A DNA stretch of 64,000 nucleotides from an uncultured Candidatus Binatia bacterium (GCA_965200965.1 OZ241744.1:2144001-2208000), one strand, 5' to 3'; shown: positions 51,627 through 61,624, numbered from the stretch's first letter. Notes: generated by a model from the sequence alone, not told the origin. Program-made: numbers and translations.

Positions 51627-52787
51627 ATGCAAGACAATCCCTATGTGTCTGCCGACGGCCATGTGGTCGAACCGGCCGATCTGTGGACCACCCGCATGGA
51701 CCGCAAGTTCCGTGACCGCGCCCCGCGCGTCGAGTCACGCCCGGAGGCAGACTATTATGTGATTGACGGGCTGGCTCCCTTCGCCGTTGGCCTCGAAGGC
51801 GTGACCCTGGAAGATAAGATCGCCGGGGAGATCACCACCGTTATCGGCCACCGTCACAGCGAGACCCGGCCCGGGGCCTCGGACCCGCAGGCGCGCTTGG
51901 CCGACCAGGACCTTGACCATCTGCGGGCCGAGGTCTTATATCCCGGCGCGTTCGGCCTTCAGTTCTGGACGCTGACCGATGCCGCCTACCAGCGCGAATG
52001 CTTCCGGGTCTACAACGACTGGCTCGGCGAGTTCTGCGCCGCCGCCCCGGAGCGCTTCTTAGGCGCGGGCCTCCTGCCGCTCAGAGGGCCGATTGCGTGG
52101 GCGTGTGAGGAAGCCGAGCGGGCGGCAAGCAAGGGCCTGTGCTCCCTCTCCATCCCGGCTGAGGTGGCCGACCAATCCTATGCCGACCCGGAGTTCAGCC
52201 GGCTGTGGGACACCCTGCAAGACCTTGGTCTGCCCGTCTCCATTCACTCCGGTACCACAACCGGCGAGCCGTTTGCCACCAAGTTTGCGCGGCTCGGCAT
52301 GGGCATGGGGCTGGTCAACACCAAGATCAGCCTGCCCATGAACGCCCTGGCCGGCCTCATCTGGGGAGCCCTGCCCCAGCGCTATCCCCGGCTCAAGTTC
52401 GTCATCGTCGAGGGCGGCATCGGCTGGATCGCCTCCCTGCTGGGCCTGATGGATCACTGGTGGAAGGATCACCACCGGTGGATGACCCCCAAACTGGACG
52501 AAGCGCCCAGCACCTGTTTCAGGCGTCAGTTCTGGGCCACCTTTGAAGACGACCGGGCCGGCATCCTGACGCGTGGCTTGCTGGGCGTGGACCGGCTGAT
52601 GTGGGGCTCGGACTATCCCCACACCGAGGGAACCTTTCCCCACTCGCAAGCCCAGATCAGGCGGGACTTTGCAGGGGTGACCGAGAGCGAAGTCTACCAG
52701 ATGGTGGCCGGCAACGCGGCCAAACTCTACGGACTCGACCCCTGGGCCGGCTTCCGTTCCGCCCGGTCGGCAGAAGCCTCCTTGTGA
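51627..52787 (+). CDS. Amidohydrolase_2 family protein
   Basis: VSADGHVVEP, VEGGIGW, MWGSDYPHTEGTFP. Confidence 0.92.
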   Translation: MQDNPYVSADGHVVEPADLWTTRMDRKFRDRAPRVESRPEADYYVIDGLAPFAVGLEGVTLEDKIAGEITTVIGHRHSETRPGASDPQARLADQDLDHLRAEVLYPGAFGLQFWTLTDAAYQRECFRVYNDWLGEFCAAAPERFLGAGLLPLRGPIAWACEEAERAASKGLCSLSIPAEVADQSYADPEFSRLWDTLQDLGLPVSIHSGTTTGEPFATKFARLGMGMGLVNTKISLPMNALAGLIWGALPQRYPRLKFVIVEGGIGWIASLLGLMDHWWKDHHRWMTPKLDEAPSTCFRRQFWATFEDDRAGILTRGLLGVDRLMWGSDYPHTEGTFPHSQAQIRRDFAGVTESEVYQMVAGNAAKLYGLDPWAGFRSARSAEASL

Positions 52788-52796
52788 CAGCCCGCC

Positions 52797-53477
52797 CTAC
52801 GCCTCCTGAGATGGGTACAGCGGCGTGCCCCGCAGCGCAGCCGGATAGTTGACCGCGGCCGCGCTCTGGTAGGCCGGCCGTGCGGTCTGCCGCGCCGTAT
52901 AGTCTGTGAGCGTATCGTCCAGGGGCTGGTGATAGAAATCGGCCCAGGTCAAACAGCTGGTCAGAATGATATCGGCGCAGCTGAACGCGTCGCCTAACAC
53001 ATACGGCCCAGCGGTCCGCAACTCCCGGCTCATCACGGCCACCTGTCGGGCAAACCCTTCTTGCGCAGCTGTGATCGCGTTGGGCGCTTCGCCGTACAGC
53101 TTGGCGAGGTCGCGGTGACGGCGTATCACATACAGGGTGTGGGCGTCCAACTCGGTCATCAGAAAAAAACACCACTGGTTGTAGACCGCCCGCTGGCGCG
53201 AACCGGGTGCCGGCAGCAGGTCGGGGCCGTAGCTATCGGCCAGATAGGTGACAATGGCCGCGCTCTCGGCCAGGACCAGATCACCGTCGCACAGGACCGG
53301 AATTTTTCCGCGCGGGTTCAAGGCCAGATACTCCGGCGTCTGCGTCTCCCCGGTTCGGGAGCCGATCAGCCGCCTGGCATAATGTGTGATGCCGAGTTCG
53401 TGCAACACCCAGTGAACCCGCATGGTGCGGGTCGTTCCTCCACCCCAGACGGTGAGGCGTTGATGTTCGTCTGCCAT
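52797..53477 (-). CDS. Glutathione S-transferase family protein
   Basis: RVHWVLHELG, LNPRGKIPVL, ESAAI, FSCADI; ATG 53477 after GGAG. Confidence 0.92.
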   Translation of the reverse strand: MADEHQRLTVWGGGTTRTMRVHWVLHELGITHYARRLIGSRTGETQTPEYLALNPRGKIPVLCDGDLVLAESAAIVTYLADSYGPDLLPAPGSRQRAVYNQWCFFLMTELDAHTLYVIRRHRDLAKLYGEAPNAITAAQEGFARQVAVMSRELRTAGPYVLGDAFSCADIILTSCLTWADFYHQPLDDTLTDYTARQTARPAYQSAAAVNYPAALRGTPLYPSQEA

Positions 53478-53538
53478 CGCTTGTCTCCACTCTGTTGGCA
53501 GTATAGGAGGGAGGGGGGCAGAATCAAGGAGGGGACGC

Positions 53539-53727
53539 ATGGCAGGGGAAAAGCTCGTGTACCGCTGGTGGGTGCTGGCCACCAGCGTTCCGGTCTTCAC
53601 CTGTACCTTTGGCATGGGCCTGGTTGGCATTAATCCGGTGCTGGGCTTCATCTTCCGGGGCGGCGGTTATGTGCTCTCGGGCCTGCTGTTTCCGGCCTTG
53701 AAAGAGACCGGACTCAGAGCAGCCTGA
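53539..53727 (+). CDS. Small hypothetical membrane protein
   Basis: AAGGAGG RBS, 62 aa, two hydrophobic stretches. Confidence 0.5.
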   Translation: MAGEKLVYRWWVLATSVPVFTCTFGMGLVGINPVLGFIFRGGGYVLSGLLFPALKETGLRAA

Positions 53728-53745
53728 GAAAACAAGGAGAGGCGC

Positions 53746-54117
53746 GTGAAGCACTACAAAATATATGAGCATCCTGCTGGAAGAATTGAAGCAGTGAAAC
53801 AAGGCTGGTCATGGCCAGCGTTCTTCTTTGTCCCTACATGGGCACTGTTTAAGAAAATGTGGGGGTTGGGCGGCGGCGTTCTCGCAGCGTACCTCTTCTC
53901 CGTCTTCTTACTCCCTGAAGAAGAAGCAGGAGATTTGTCATTGATACTTGTCGAAACCGCTCTGCACGTTATCTTCGCTGTGAACGGTAACAGATGGCGG
54001 GAGAACAATCTGCAATCGCGTGGCTATGAGCACAAAGAGACGCAGACCGCAGCACATCCAGAGGGAGCAGTCGCGCTCTATCTCAGGCACAAATCAAACG
54101 CCCCTGTTCAGATGTAG
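53746..54117 (+). CDS. DUF2628-like membrane protein
   Basis: VKQGWSWPAFFF..WALFKKMW and GNRWRENNLQSRGY motifs; AAGGAG RBS; A/T-richer codons than the flanks. Confidence 0.8.
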   Translation: MKHYKIYEHPAGRIEAVKQGWSWPAFFFVPTWALFKKMWGLGGGVLAAYLFSVFLLPEEEAGDLSLILVETALHVIFAVNGNRWRENNLQSRGYEHKETQTAAHPEGAVALYLRHKSNAPVQM

Positions 54118-54167
54118 CCGTGATGGTGATAGGAAAGACAGACTTGGTAGCAAAGGAGGCAATACCC

Positions 54168-54818
54168 ATGTCCGCCGAACCCGGAATCTTTGAGATCATC
54201 TACTCCACCCGCGCCATGCGCCGGCTCAAACCAGACCCCATCCCGGAAGACACCCTGAAAAAAATTGTGGACGCCGGCATCCGCTGTGCCAGCGGCGGCA
54301 ATATGCAGGACTGGGCGTTCATCATCGTCCAGGACACAGAGCGCAAACGCTTTATCCGGGATTACTACTGGAATACCTGGCAGCAGATGCGGGGCAGCGG
54401 CACGCTCAACTACGACGATATCCCCGCCCCCCAGCAGCGGATGCTGAACGCCGCAGCCCACCTCGCCGCCCACATGGACGAAGCGCCGGCCCTGCTGCTG
54501 GCCTGCACCCGCGACCACTATCCGCCCATCGCCGTAATGGGCAATGAGCGGGCGAGTAAAATCGTCGTCTACGGCTCCATCTTTCCCGCGGTCCAGAACA
54601 TCCTGCTGGCCTGCCGCGCCCTCGGCGTGGGAGCAACCCTGACGACCATCCACTGCTTTTTTGAGGACCAGCTCAAGGCCCGGCTGCATGTCCCGGACGA
54701 TATGGAAGTCGCGGCCCTGATCCCGATGGGCTACCCCCAGGGCACGTTTGGTCCAGTCACCCGCAAGCCGGTTGAAGAGGTGATACACTGGGACGAGTGG
54801 GGCAATACCAGGGCGTGA
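54168..54818 (+). CDS. Nitroreductase family protein
   Basis: RAMRRLKPDPIP, ASGGNMQDW.F, QNILLACRALGVG, IPMGYP. Confidence 0.92.
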   Translation: MSAEPGIFEIIYSTRAMRRLKPDPIPEDTLKKIVDAGIRCASGGNMQDWAFIIVQDTERKRFIRDYYWNTWQQMRGSGTLNYDDIPAPQQRMLNAAAHLAAHMDEAPALLLACTRDHYPPIAVMGNERASKIVVYGSIFPAVQNILLACRALGVGATLTTIHCFFEDQLKARLHVPDDMEVAALIPMGYPQGTFGPVTRKPVEEVIHWDEWGNTRA

Positions 54819-54902
54819 CCCGCCTCCGCTTTTCACCGGATACCCCGCCGAACGCAGGATCGGGGCGACCGTCCCACCGTCCGAAGGGCTGGGGGTGAAC
54901 GC

Positions 54903-56240
54903 ATGGCTCAAACCCGCGAGCAGAGCCGCCATACTGTCCGTGAGCTCTATGACTTTATCGGCGAGCACCTGTACCTGAACCGCCCTGACCTTGACCTTGG
55001 CGGCGAAAAGCTGAACTCGACCCTGCTGCTCAGCCTGCTGACCGCGCTGATTGGCGGCAAAGCCCTCATCATTGGCGAGCCGGGCCTGGGCAAGACCACC
55101 TCCGCCGAATATATCGCCTGCCTGTTCTACCGCATTCCGCTCGGCGTCATCTGGGGCAGCCAGGTCGCCGGCCACCCCGAGCAGACCGAGGAGAAAATTG
55201 TCGGCCGGCCAAATCTGGGCAAACTCAACCAGGGCGAAGAGCAGGTGGTGTGGAGCAATTTTGCCCAACTGCCGGTCAAGATCATTGACGAAATCAACCG
55301 CCTGCCCGAGACCAAACAAAGCCTGATTCTCGACGGCGTTGACCGGGGCAACTGGGAATACCTCAATCAATTCCTGCTCCACGATGAATACTGCCTGTTT
55401 GCCACCGCCAATTACCAGGACCCCGGCACCCACCCCTTGATCCCGCCCCTGCTCGACCGCTTTGATGTGATGATCGAGTCCAGACATCCCGGCGCAAACC
55501 TGGCCTTTTTCATCGGCCAACAGGACAACACAGACGCCCTGCTGCGGGACCCCGAACAAGAGCAAGCCTTGTATGCCGTGCTGAGCAATGGCCAGACGCC
55601 GGCAAACGCCGAGCTGGAAGCCGCCTGTCAGCGGTTTGCCGAGTGCTTGTCCGCTCAGCACGGCCTGCGCACCTTTGACAAGGCCGAGCGGCAGGCAATC
55701 CGTGCAGATATAGCCAGCCTCGGCTTCAGCCAGGACGCCAGCGCGTTCGCCCGGACAGCCCTGGCCGAGTTTTCGTTCTGCTGTTTATACGGACAAAAAC
55801 GCTCAAACGAAGAGTGCCCCGAAGGCTGCCACTACACCGGCTATCTGTGTTATCAGGTCCAGAACTGCGCCTCGAACCGCCTGCCGATTGCGCTGCGGCA
55901 CTACGCCCAGGCCCTGGTCTGGTTTCTGGGCGGCGAGCAGGTCAAGGCCGAACATGTGCGCTGGGTTCTGCCCTTTGTGCTCGCCCACCGCACCCAGTGG
56001 CGCGACGCCTATGTTGCCGCCCGGGAGCGGGAGGCGCGCCGTGACCCGCTGCCCCTCCATCTGGCCAAACAGGCCACCGCCGAGAGCTGGCGGCGGTTTG
56101 CCGAACAGCGCGACGACATCATGGGTGCGCTGGCGATTGCGGCCCGGATTCTGGCCGGCGAGGATGTGGCCCCAAGCCAGGGCGACCATCCGATCTTTGC
56201 CGAGATTCAGCGCGACTTGGGGATTGAGCCGGCATGGTAA
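54903..56240 (+). CDS. MoxR-like AAA+ ATPase with a Cys-rich C-terminal insert
   Basis: Walker A GEPGLGKTT, Walker B KIIDEINR, FATAN, LLDRF. Confidence 0.88.
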   Translation: MAQTREQSRHTVRELYDFIGEHLYLNRPDLDLGGEKLNSTLLLSLLTALIGGKALIIGEPGLGKTTSAEYIACLFYRIPLGVIWGSQVAGHPEQTEEKIVGRPNLGKLNQGEEQVVWSNFAQLPVKIIDEINRLPETKQSLILDGVDRGNWEYLNQFLLHDEYCLFATANYQDPGTHPLIPPLLDRFDVMIESRHPGANLAFFIGQQDNTDALLRDPEQEQALYAVLSNGQTPANAELEAACQRFAECLSAQHGLRTFDKAERQAIRADIASLGFSQDASAFARTALAEFSFCCLYGQKRSNEECPEGCHYTGYLCYQVQNCASNRLPIALRHYAQALVWFLGGEQVKAEHVRWVLPFVLAHRTQWRDAYVAAREREARRDPLPLHLAKQATAESWRRFAEQRDDIMGALAIAARILAGEDVAPSQGDHPIFAEIQRDLGIEPAW

Positions 56241-56992
56241 ACCCATTTGCCGAGTTCCAGACCTGCCGGCCCCGCCGGCGCGCCCTGCCGCTCGACCGTA
56301 TCGTTGCCATCCGGGACGCGCGGCTTGAACAGCTGATGGCCGGCTACACGGCCTATATCGCCCAGACCGAACTGGATTGGGACCGCATGCCCAACCGTCA
56401 TCTCACCGACCAGGCGTATGAAGCCGCGCTGCGCTGTGTGACCGGGCTTGTCTGCGACCCCGACGATATTGAGGATTTCTGTTTCAGCCTCGAACAGCTC
56501 CATACGCCGACGACTGCCCACGAGCTGCCGGATAACGCGCCCGGCCTGTGGGGCCTGTCCGGTCTGTACCTGTCGGCCCTGTGCAACCGGACCAAGGGCA
56601 GCCGACTGCAACTCCGCCTGCAATGGATGCCGGCGCGGCTCCATCTGCTGGGCTATAAGCTCCCGGCCGGCAAGCGGCTCAACATTGAGGGCCTGTGCGG
56701 CGACTTGCTCGGCATGGCCCTGGCCGGCGGAGAAATCAGCCTCCAGGGCAGCGCCTTCCATGGCGTCGGCTATGAACTGCAACAGGGCAGGATCACGATC
56801 TCCGACAACGCCGGAGAAGATGTCGGCCAGGGCATGGTCGGCGGAGAAATCCACATCCTTGGCGGTCGCATTCGAGGCGTTGGTCAGGTTTGTGGCGGCA
56901 GCGTCTATCTCGGCCAACGGCGCGTTGCTCCTGCTCCCATTGAGCCAGACGAGTGCCACACGAGCGCGGCCAGGGAGCGCCCACCCGCATGA
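56234..56992 (+). CDS. Hypothetical protein with C-terminal GXGXG beta-helix repeats (FwdC/GltB-C-like)
   Basis: GLYLSALCN, then repeated G..G..M.GGEI.I.G units; overlaps both neighbours. Confidence 0.8.
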   Translation: MVNPFAEFQTCRPRRRALPLDRIVAIRDARLEQLMAGYTAYIAQTELDWDRMPNRHLTDQAYEAALRCVTGLVCDPDDIEDFCFSLEQLHTPTTAHELPDNAPGLWGLSGLYLSALCNRTKGSRLQLRLQWMPARLHLLGYKLPAGKRLNIEGLCGDLLGMALAGGEISLQGSAFHGVGYELQQGRITISDNAGEDVGQGMVGGEIHILGGRIRGVGQVCGGSVYLGQRRVAPAPIEPDECHTSAARERPPA

Positions 56993-58602
56993 ACCTTCAC
57001 GCCACGCTCGCCGCGGTCTGGCCCCGCGCCCGACGCAAACATTTTTTTCCCGAGCTGCCCCGGCCACGCATTACCGACGGCCTCAGCCAGGAAGCGGTGG
57101 AAGTGCGTCAGCGACAGATCATTCTGAACCCCAGCTTTTGTCAGCAGCTCGCCGAGCACCTGCCGGTCAAGGCCGTGATCGAAGCCCTGCTTGACCACGG
57201 CATTGCCCACTACACCCGCTGCCCGTGGGATGTTGCCACCCATCTGCGGCTGTACGCCGCGGCCAAACGCGAACTCGGCCGCCGCGATTACGCCCAGCGG
57301 GCAAGCGATATTTTTATCGACATAGTGGTCAACACCCACTGTGTCAAAGACTTTGACACCGCCCTGCCCCAGGTATATCGTCACCTCCAGCGCCTCAGCG
57401 GTCGCCCGCTCGACCGGCTGACCGTCGCCTTATACAGCCTGATGTGGGGCATGGACCTTGAGGCCAGCGGCCCCGAGCCGCTGTTGCGACGCTTGGCGCG
57501 GATTCCGTATCTGGACCGCGGCCGCTGGGAAGAGAGCATCCGGCGCTTCTGCCGACTGATCCAGCCAGTCCTTGACGAAGAACGCCGGCACTCAGAGATT
57601 CTGCCCACCGCCCTGCTCGGCCGCCACGGCCTGTCGAGTCATGCCCCCAACGAGGTCGAACGCGGCCTGCGGACCTTTGCCCTCCAGGTAGACAATCCGC
57701 GCGAGTTTCGGACCACGATTGCCGATTTTGACGGGGAACTGGCAGCCCAGGGCCACGCCGAAGAACAGGAGGGCATGGGCTGGGGCCGGGGCGAGCGGAT
57801 TGACACCGGCCTGCTCTACTACATGAAGCTGACCGAGCAGTACCAGCTGCCCGTATCCGCTGCGCCGCTGCACCGGAGCAGTTCCTCAGACCCGCATATG
57901 CATACCCCGTGGGAGCTGAGCAAGCCGCTTCAAGACCTGGATGTGTGGACCAGTTTTGGCAAGCTCCTCCCCGGTCTGTCCCAAGCCTGGCTGTACCAGA
58001 ACGGCCTGCTCTACGGTCGCCGGGAGGGCGTGCCCGACTGTATCATCATCCTCGACTCCTCGGGCAGCATGGCCAACCCGCGCTATCTGCTGAGTCACGC
58101 GATTGTCGGTGCCGGCTGTGCCGCGGACGCCTATCTGCGCGCCGGTGCCGAGGTGGCGGTCTACAATTTCAGCGACGTGCCGGCCGGTGACAAGCTGGTG
58201 CTCGGCTTCAGCAGGGAACGCAAGCCGGTCTATCAGGCCCTATGCCGCTATTTTGGCGGGGGTACGGTCTTTTCGTTTGAAGAACTCGACGAGCTGCTGC
58301 GGCTCGTTGCGCACGACCGGCCCGATATCTTCTTTATTACCGATATGCAGATTCCCGACCTGCACAGCCTGATTGCCTATCTGTCAGAATTGACCGGCCG
58401 GATTACCGCGGTGCATATCGGCGAGACCGACTCGGCCGCGGTGTTCAAAAAAGAAACCGCCGGCTGGAGAAACGCCCAGGTGTTTTCTGTCCGGCGGCGG
58501 GAGGATATCCCGCGCATTGTGCTGGGTCAGGTCAAAACCTGCCTGGGCTACGGCCAGAGCGCAAAGGGTGAGGCAGATACTTGTCGGCTTACGCTTCGCT
58601 AA
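56989..58602 (+). CDS. VWA-domain protein with an N-terminal metallopeptidase-like region
   Basis: MIDAS DSSGS...GGGT...ITD; N-terminal HGIAH..CPWD and DIVVN; ATGA overlap with the upstream stop. Confidence 0.85.
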   Translation: MNLHATLAAVWPRARRKHFFPELPRPRITDGLSQEAVEVRQRQIILNPSFCQQLAEHLPVKAVIEALLDHGIAHYTRCPWDVATHLRLYAAAKRELGRRDYAQRASDIFIDIVVNTHCVKDFDTALPQVYRHLQRLSGRPLDRLTVALYSLMWGMDLEASGPEPLLRRLARIPYLDRGRWEESIRRFCRLIQPVLDEERRHSEILPTALLGRHGLSSHAPNEVERGLRTFALQVDNPREFRTTIADFDGELAAQGHAEEQEGMGWGRGERIDTGLLYYMKLTEQYQLPVSAAPLHRSSSSDPHMHTPWELSKPLQDLDVWTSFGKLLPGLSQAWLYQNGLLYGRREGVPDCIIILDSSGSMANPRYLLSHAIVGAGCAADAYLRAGAEVAVYNFSDVPAGDKLVLGFSRERKPVYQALCRYFGGGTVFSFEELDELLRLVAHDRPDIFFITDMQIPDLHSLIAYLSELTGRITAVHIGETDSAAVFKKETAGWRNAQVFSVRRREDIPRIVLGQVKTCLGYGQSAKGEADTCRLTLR

Positions 58603-58655
58603 GCCGACCTGCGATGCACGAAGGGCGAGGCAGTCGTTTCGCCATAAGGGGCGGC

Positions 58656-60101
58656 CTAGCCCAGGGACAGGAACGACTCGCGGGCGATAGAAATGGAGGC
58701 CGAGGGAAAGACGCCGAGCAGGACCGTGCCCGCCGCGGCGATGATGATCGCCAGGCTGAGGGCGGGGCGTAGCGCGGCGATCTCCAGGGCGTGTTCGTCC
58801 TCGTGCATATACATGGTGACAATCACCCGGATGTAGTAGCAGGCCGAGACCGCGCTGTTGAGCACAGCGATGACCGCCAAGCCGATATACCCGGCCTCAA
58901 CCGCGGCGCTGAAGACGTAGAACTTGCCGGTAAAGCCGACCAGCGGCGGTACGCCGGTAAGCGACAGCATGAAAATTGCCATTGCCATGCCCAGGGCCGG
59001 ATGGCGGAAGCCCAGCCCGGCATAATCGCCGAGCTCTTCGTGTCCTTGATCCTGACGATTCAGAGCCAGCACCACCCCGAACGCGCCCAGATTCATAAAG
59101 CCGTAGGCCAGCAGATAATACAGCAGGGCCGCACCGCCCAGGTCTGTGCCGGCCACCATCGCCACCAGCACATAGCCGGCGTGGGCGACACTGGAGTAGG
59201 CCAGCATACGCTTGATATTGGTCTGAACCAGGGCTGTCAGATTGCCGACTGTCATTGTCAGCGCGGCAGCCGCCCACACCACGCCCTGCCACTCGGCATG
59301 AACCGCGCCGAGCGTATGCAGAAAGACCCGGGCAAAGGCGGCAAAGGCCGCGGCCTTCACGCCGACCGCCATGAACGCGGTAATCGTGGTTGGTGCGCCC
59401 TCGTATACATCGGGCGTCCAGACATGGAAGGGGGCGGCGGCCACCTTGAAGCCAAAGCCGACCAGCAACAGCCCCATGCCAATGAGCAGCAGGCTTGAGG
59501 ACCCCTCGGCTGCGACCTGCTCGGCAATCACGGCCAATTGCAGGCTGCCCGTTGCCCCGTACATCAAGGCCATGCCGTACAGCAGAAAACCGCTGGCAAA
59601 CGCACCGAGCAGGAAGTATTTCAGCGCGGCTTCATGTGCGCTCAGGCGCTGGTGCCAGATGCCGGCCAGCACATAGACGGCGATGGACATGGTTTCGAGG
59701 CCCAGAAAAATCGTAATCAGGTCGGTCGCCGCGGCCATCAGGACCATGCCGACCGCGGCAAACAGCAGCAGGGCGTAGTATTCGCCCTGGCGGATTCTGG
59801 TCATGTCCAGATAGCTGCCCGACATCAGCACGGTCAGCGCCCCGGCCAGACAAAAGAGGCTGTTAAAAAACAGGGCGTAGGAATCCAGGGCCAAAGGCCC
59901 GGATGCGTCGGCGCGTCCCCACAGGGCAAGAGACACCGCACCGCTTGCCACAAAGCCGCTGACGGTCAGCCAGGCCAAGTGGGGGCGGTCTGCTTCCTGA
60001 ATCCAGAGGTCCCAGAACAGGACCAGCAGCCCGGTCAGGACCAGCAGCCCGGAGGGCAGGACGGCCAGCCAGTTGATGTGTGGCAGGGCAATCATCTCCA
60101 T
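58656..60101 (-). CDS. nuoN: NADH-quinone oxidoreductase subunit N
   Basis: EAALKYFLLG, FKVAAAPFHVWTPDVYEGAPT, KRMLAYSS. Confidence 0.96.
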   Translation of the reverse strand: MEMIALPHINWLAVLPSGLLVLTGLLVLFWDLWIQEADRPHLAWLTVSGFVASGAVSLALWGRADASGPLALDSYALFFNSLFCLAGALTVLMSGSYLDMTRIRQGEYYALLLFAAVGMVLMAAATDLITIFLGLETMSIAVYVLAGIWHQRLSAHEAALKYFLLGAFASGFLLYGMALMYGATGSLQLAVIAEQVAAEGSSSLLLIGMGLLLVGFGFKVAAAPFHVWTPDVYEGAPTTITAFMAVGVKAAAFAAFARVFLHTLGAVHAEWQGVVWAAAALTMTVGNLTALVQTNIKRMLAYSSVAHAGYVLVAMVAGTDLGGAALLYYLLAYGFMNLGAFGVVLALNRQDQGHEELGDYAGLGFRHPALGMAMAIFMLSLTGVPPLVGFTGKFYVFSAAVEAGYIGLAVIAVLNSAVSACYYIRVIVTMYMHEDEHALEIAALRPALSLAIIIAAAGTVLLGVFPSASISIARESFLSLG

Positions 60102-61624
60102 TGCGCACCTCCCACTTCCGGCTGCCTCTTGTCCGCGGCCACGGTCTGGGCTGAGGCCCGGTCCAGCCGGGCCAGGGTCGCCTCAACCGATTTTTCCATG
60201 CGGGTCAGGAAGGGCCGCGGATACAGCCCCATGAAGAGCATCAGGACCAGCAGGGGCGCAAAGATCAGCACTTGCCGGCGGTCAAGGTCTCTGAGGCCGG
60301 TGTTGGCCGTATTGGTGAGCGGCCCAAACATCACCCGCTGAAACATCCACAGCATATACACCGCCCCCAGCACCACGCCGGAAACGGCAATCACGCCGAC
60401 TACGGGGCTGGCCTCAAAGGTGCCGAGCAGAATAAGAAACTCGCCCACAAAGCCGCTGAGGCCGGGCAGGCCAATGGACGCCAGCATCACAAACAGAAAG
60501 ACCGAGGCGTAGACCGGCATCTGCTGCCACAGGCCACCATACTCGCTGATGAGCCGCGTGTGACGCTGCTCATAGATCACACCGACCAGCAAAAACAGTG
60601 CGCCGGTAGACAGGCCGTGGCCCAGCATCTGATAGATGGCACCCTCGGTGCCCTGCACATTGAAGGCAAACAGACCCAGGATGACAAAGCCGAGGTGGCT
60701 GACCGAAGAATAGGCCACCAGCTTCTTCAGGTCGGGCTGGACCATAGCCACCAGAGCGCCGTAGATGATACCGACCGCCGCCAGGGCCATGATCAGCGGT
60801 GCGGCCTCTCCGGCGGCCGCGGGGAAGAGCGGCAGGGCAAAGCGCACAAACCCGTAGGTGCCCATCTTGAGCAACACCCCGGCCAGGATGACCGAGCCGC
60901 CGGTCGGTGCCTCAACGTGAGCGTCGGGCAGCCAGGTATGAAACGGAAACAGCGGCACCTTGATCGCAAACGACAGGGCAAAGGCCGCAAACAGCCAGCG
61001 CTGGGTGTCGAGGGGAATCACCAACTGGTAGAGGCGCAGCAGGTCAAAGGTCACGACCTGCTGCTGGCTATGATGCAGGTGGGCCAGATACAGGATCGCC
61101 ACCAGCATCAGCAGGCTGCCGAGCATGGTGTACAGCAGGAATTTGAGGGCGGCGTAAATCCGGCGGGGCCCGCCCCAGATACCGATCAGGAAATACATCG
61201 GGATCAGCATCAACTCCCAGAACACATAGAACAGGAACAGGTCAATGGCCACAAAGGCACCCAATATGCCGGTCTCTAAGACGAGAAAGAAGAACTGGTA
61301 CTCCTTGACCCGGCTCTGCACCTCGGCCCAACTGGCCAGCAGCACCAGCGGCGTCAGAAAGCTGGTCAGCAACACCAGAAACAGGCTGATGCCGTCTACG
61401 CCGACATAGTACTGGATGCCAAAATCGGCAATCCAGGCGTAGCGCTCGACAAACTGGAAGTCGGCTGTCCGGCTGTCAAAACCGGCCAGTACGCCCAGCG
61501 ACACGACAAAGGTCAGCAGCGCGGTGGCCAGGGCCGCGTAGCGAATCCTGGCCTCCTGCTCCTTGGGCACAAAGAGGATGGACACAGCGCCCAGCAGGGG
61601 CAGAAAGACGAGCACGCTTACCAT
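60092..61624 (-). CDS. nuoM: NADH-quinone oxidoreductase subunit M
   Basis: GVDGIS, FWELMLIPMY, PFHTWLPDAHVEAPT, LLKMGTYG. Confidence 0.96.
   Translation of the reverse strand: MVSVLVFLPLLGAVSILFVPKEQEARIRYAALATALLTFVVSLGVLAGFDSRTADFQFVERYAWIADFGIQYYVGVDGISLFLVLLTSFLTPLVLLASWAEVQSRVKEYQFFFLVLETGILGAFVAIDLFLFYVFWELMLIPMYFLIGIWGGPRRIYAALKFLLYTMLGSLLMLVAILYLAHLHHSQQQVVTFDLLRLYQLVIPLDTQRWLFAAFALSFAIKVPLFPFHTWLPDAHVEAPTGGSVILAGVLLKMGTYGFVRFALPLFPAAAGEAAPLIMALAAVGIIYGALVAMVQPDLKKLVAYSSVSHLGFVILGLFAFNVQGTEGAIYQMLGHGLSTGALFLLVGVIYEQRHTRLISEYGGLWQQMPVYASVFLFVMLASIGLPGLSGFVGEFLILLGTFEASPVVGVIAVSGVVLGAVYMLWMFQRVMFGPLTNTANTGLRDLDRRQVLIFAPLLVLMLFMGLYPRPFLTRMEKSVEATLARLDRASAQTVAADKRQPEVGGAQWR

Noticed and set aside
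56234-56992. Formylmethanofuran dehydrogenase subunit C or glutamate synthase domain
   Set aside because: Only the generic GXGXG repeats match; no other fwd/fhc/glt genes are adjacent and the N-terminal half is unrelated.
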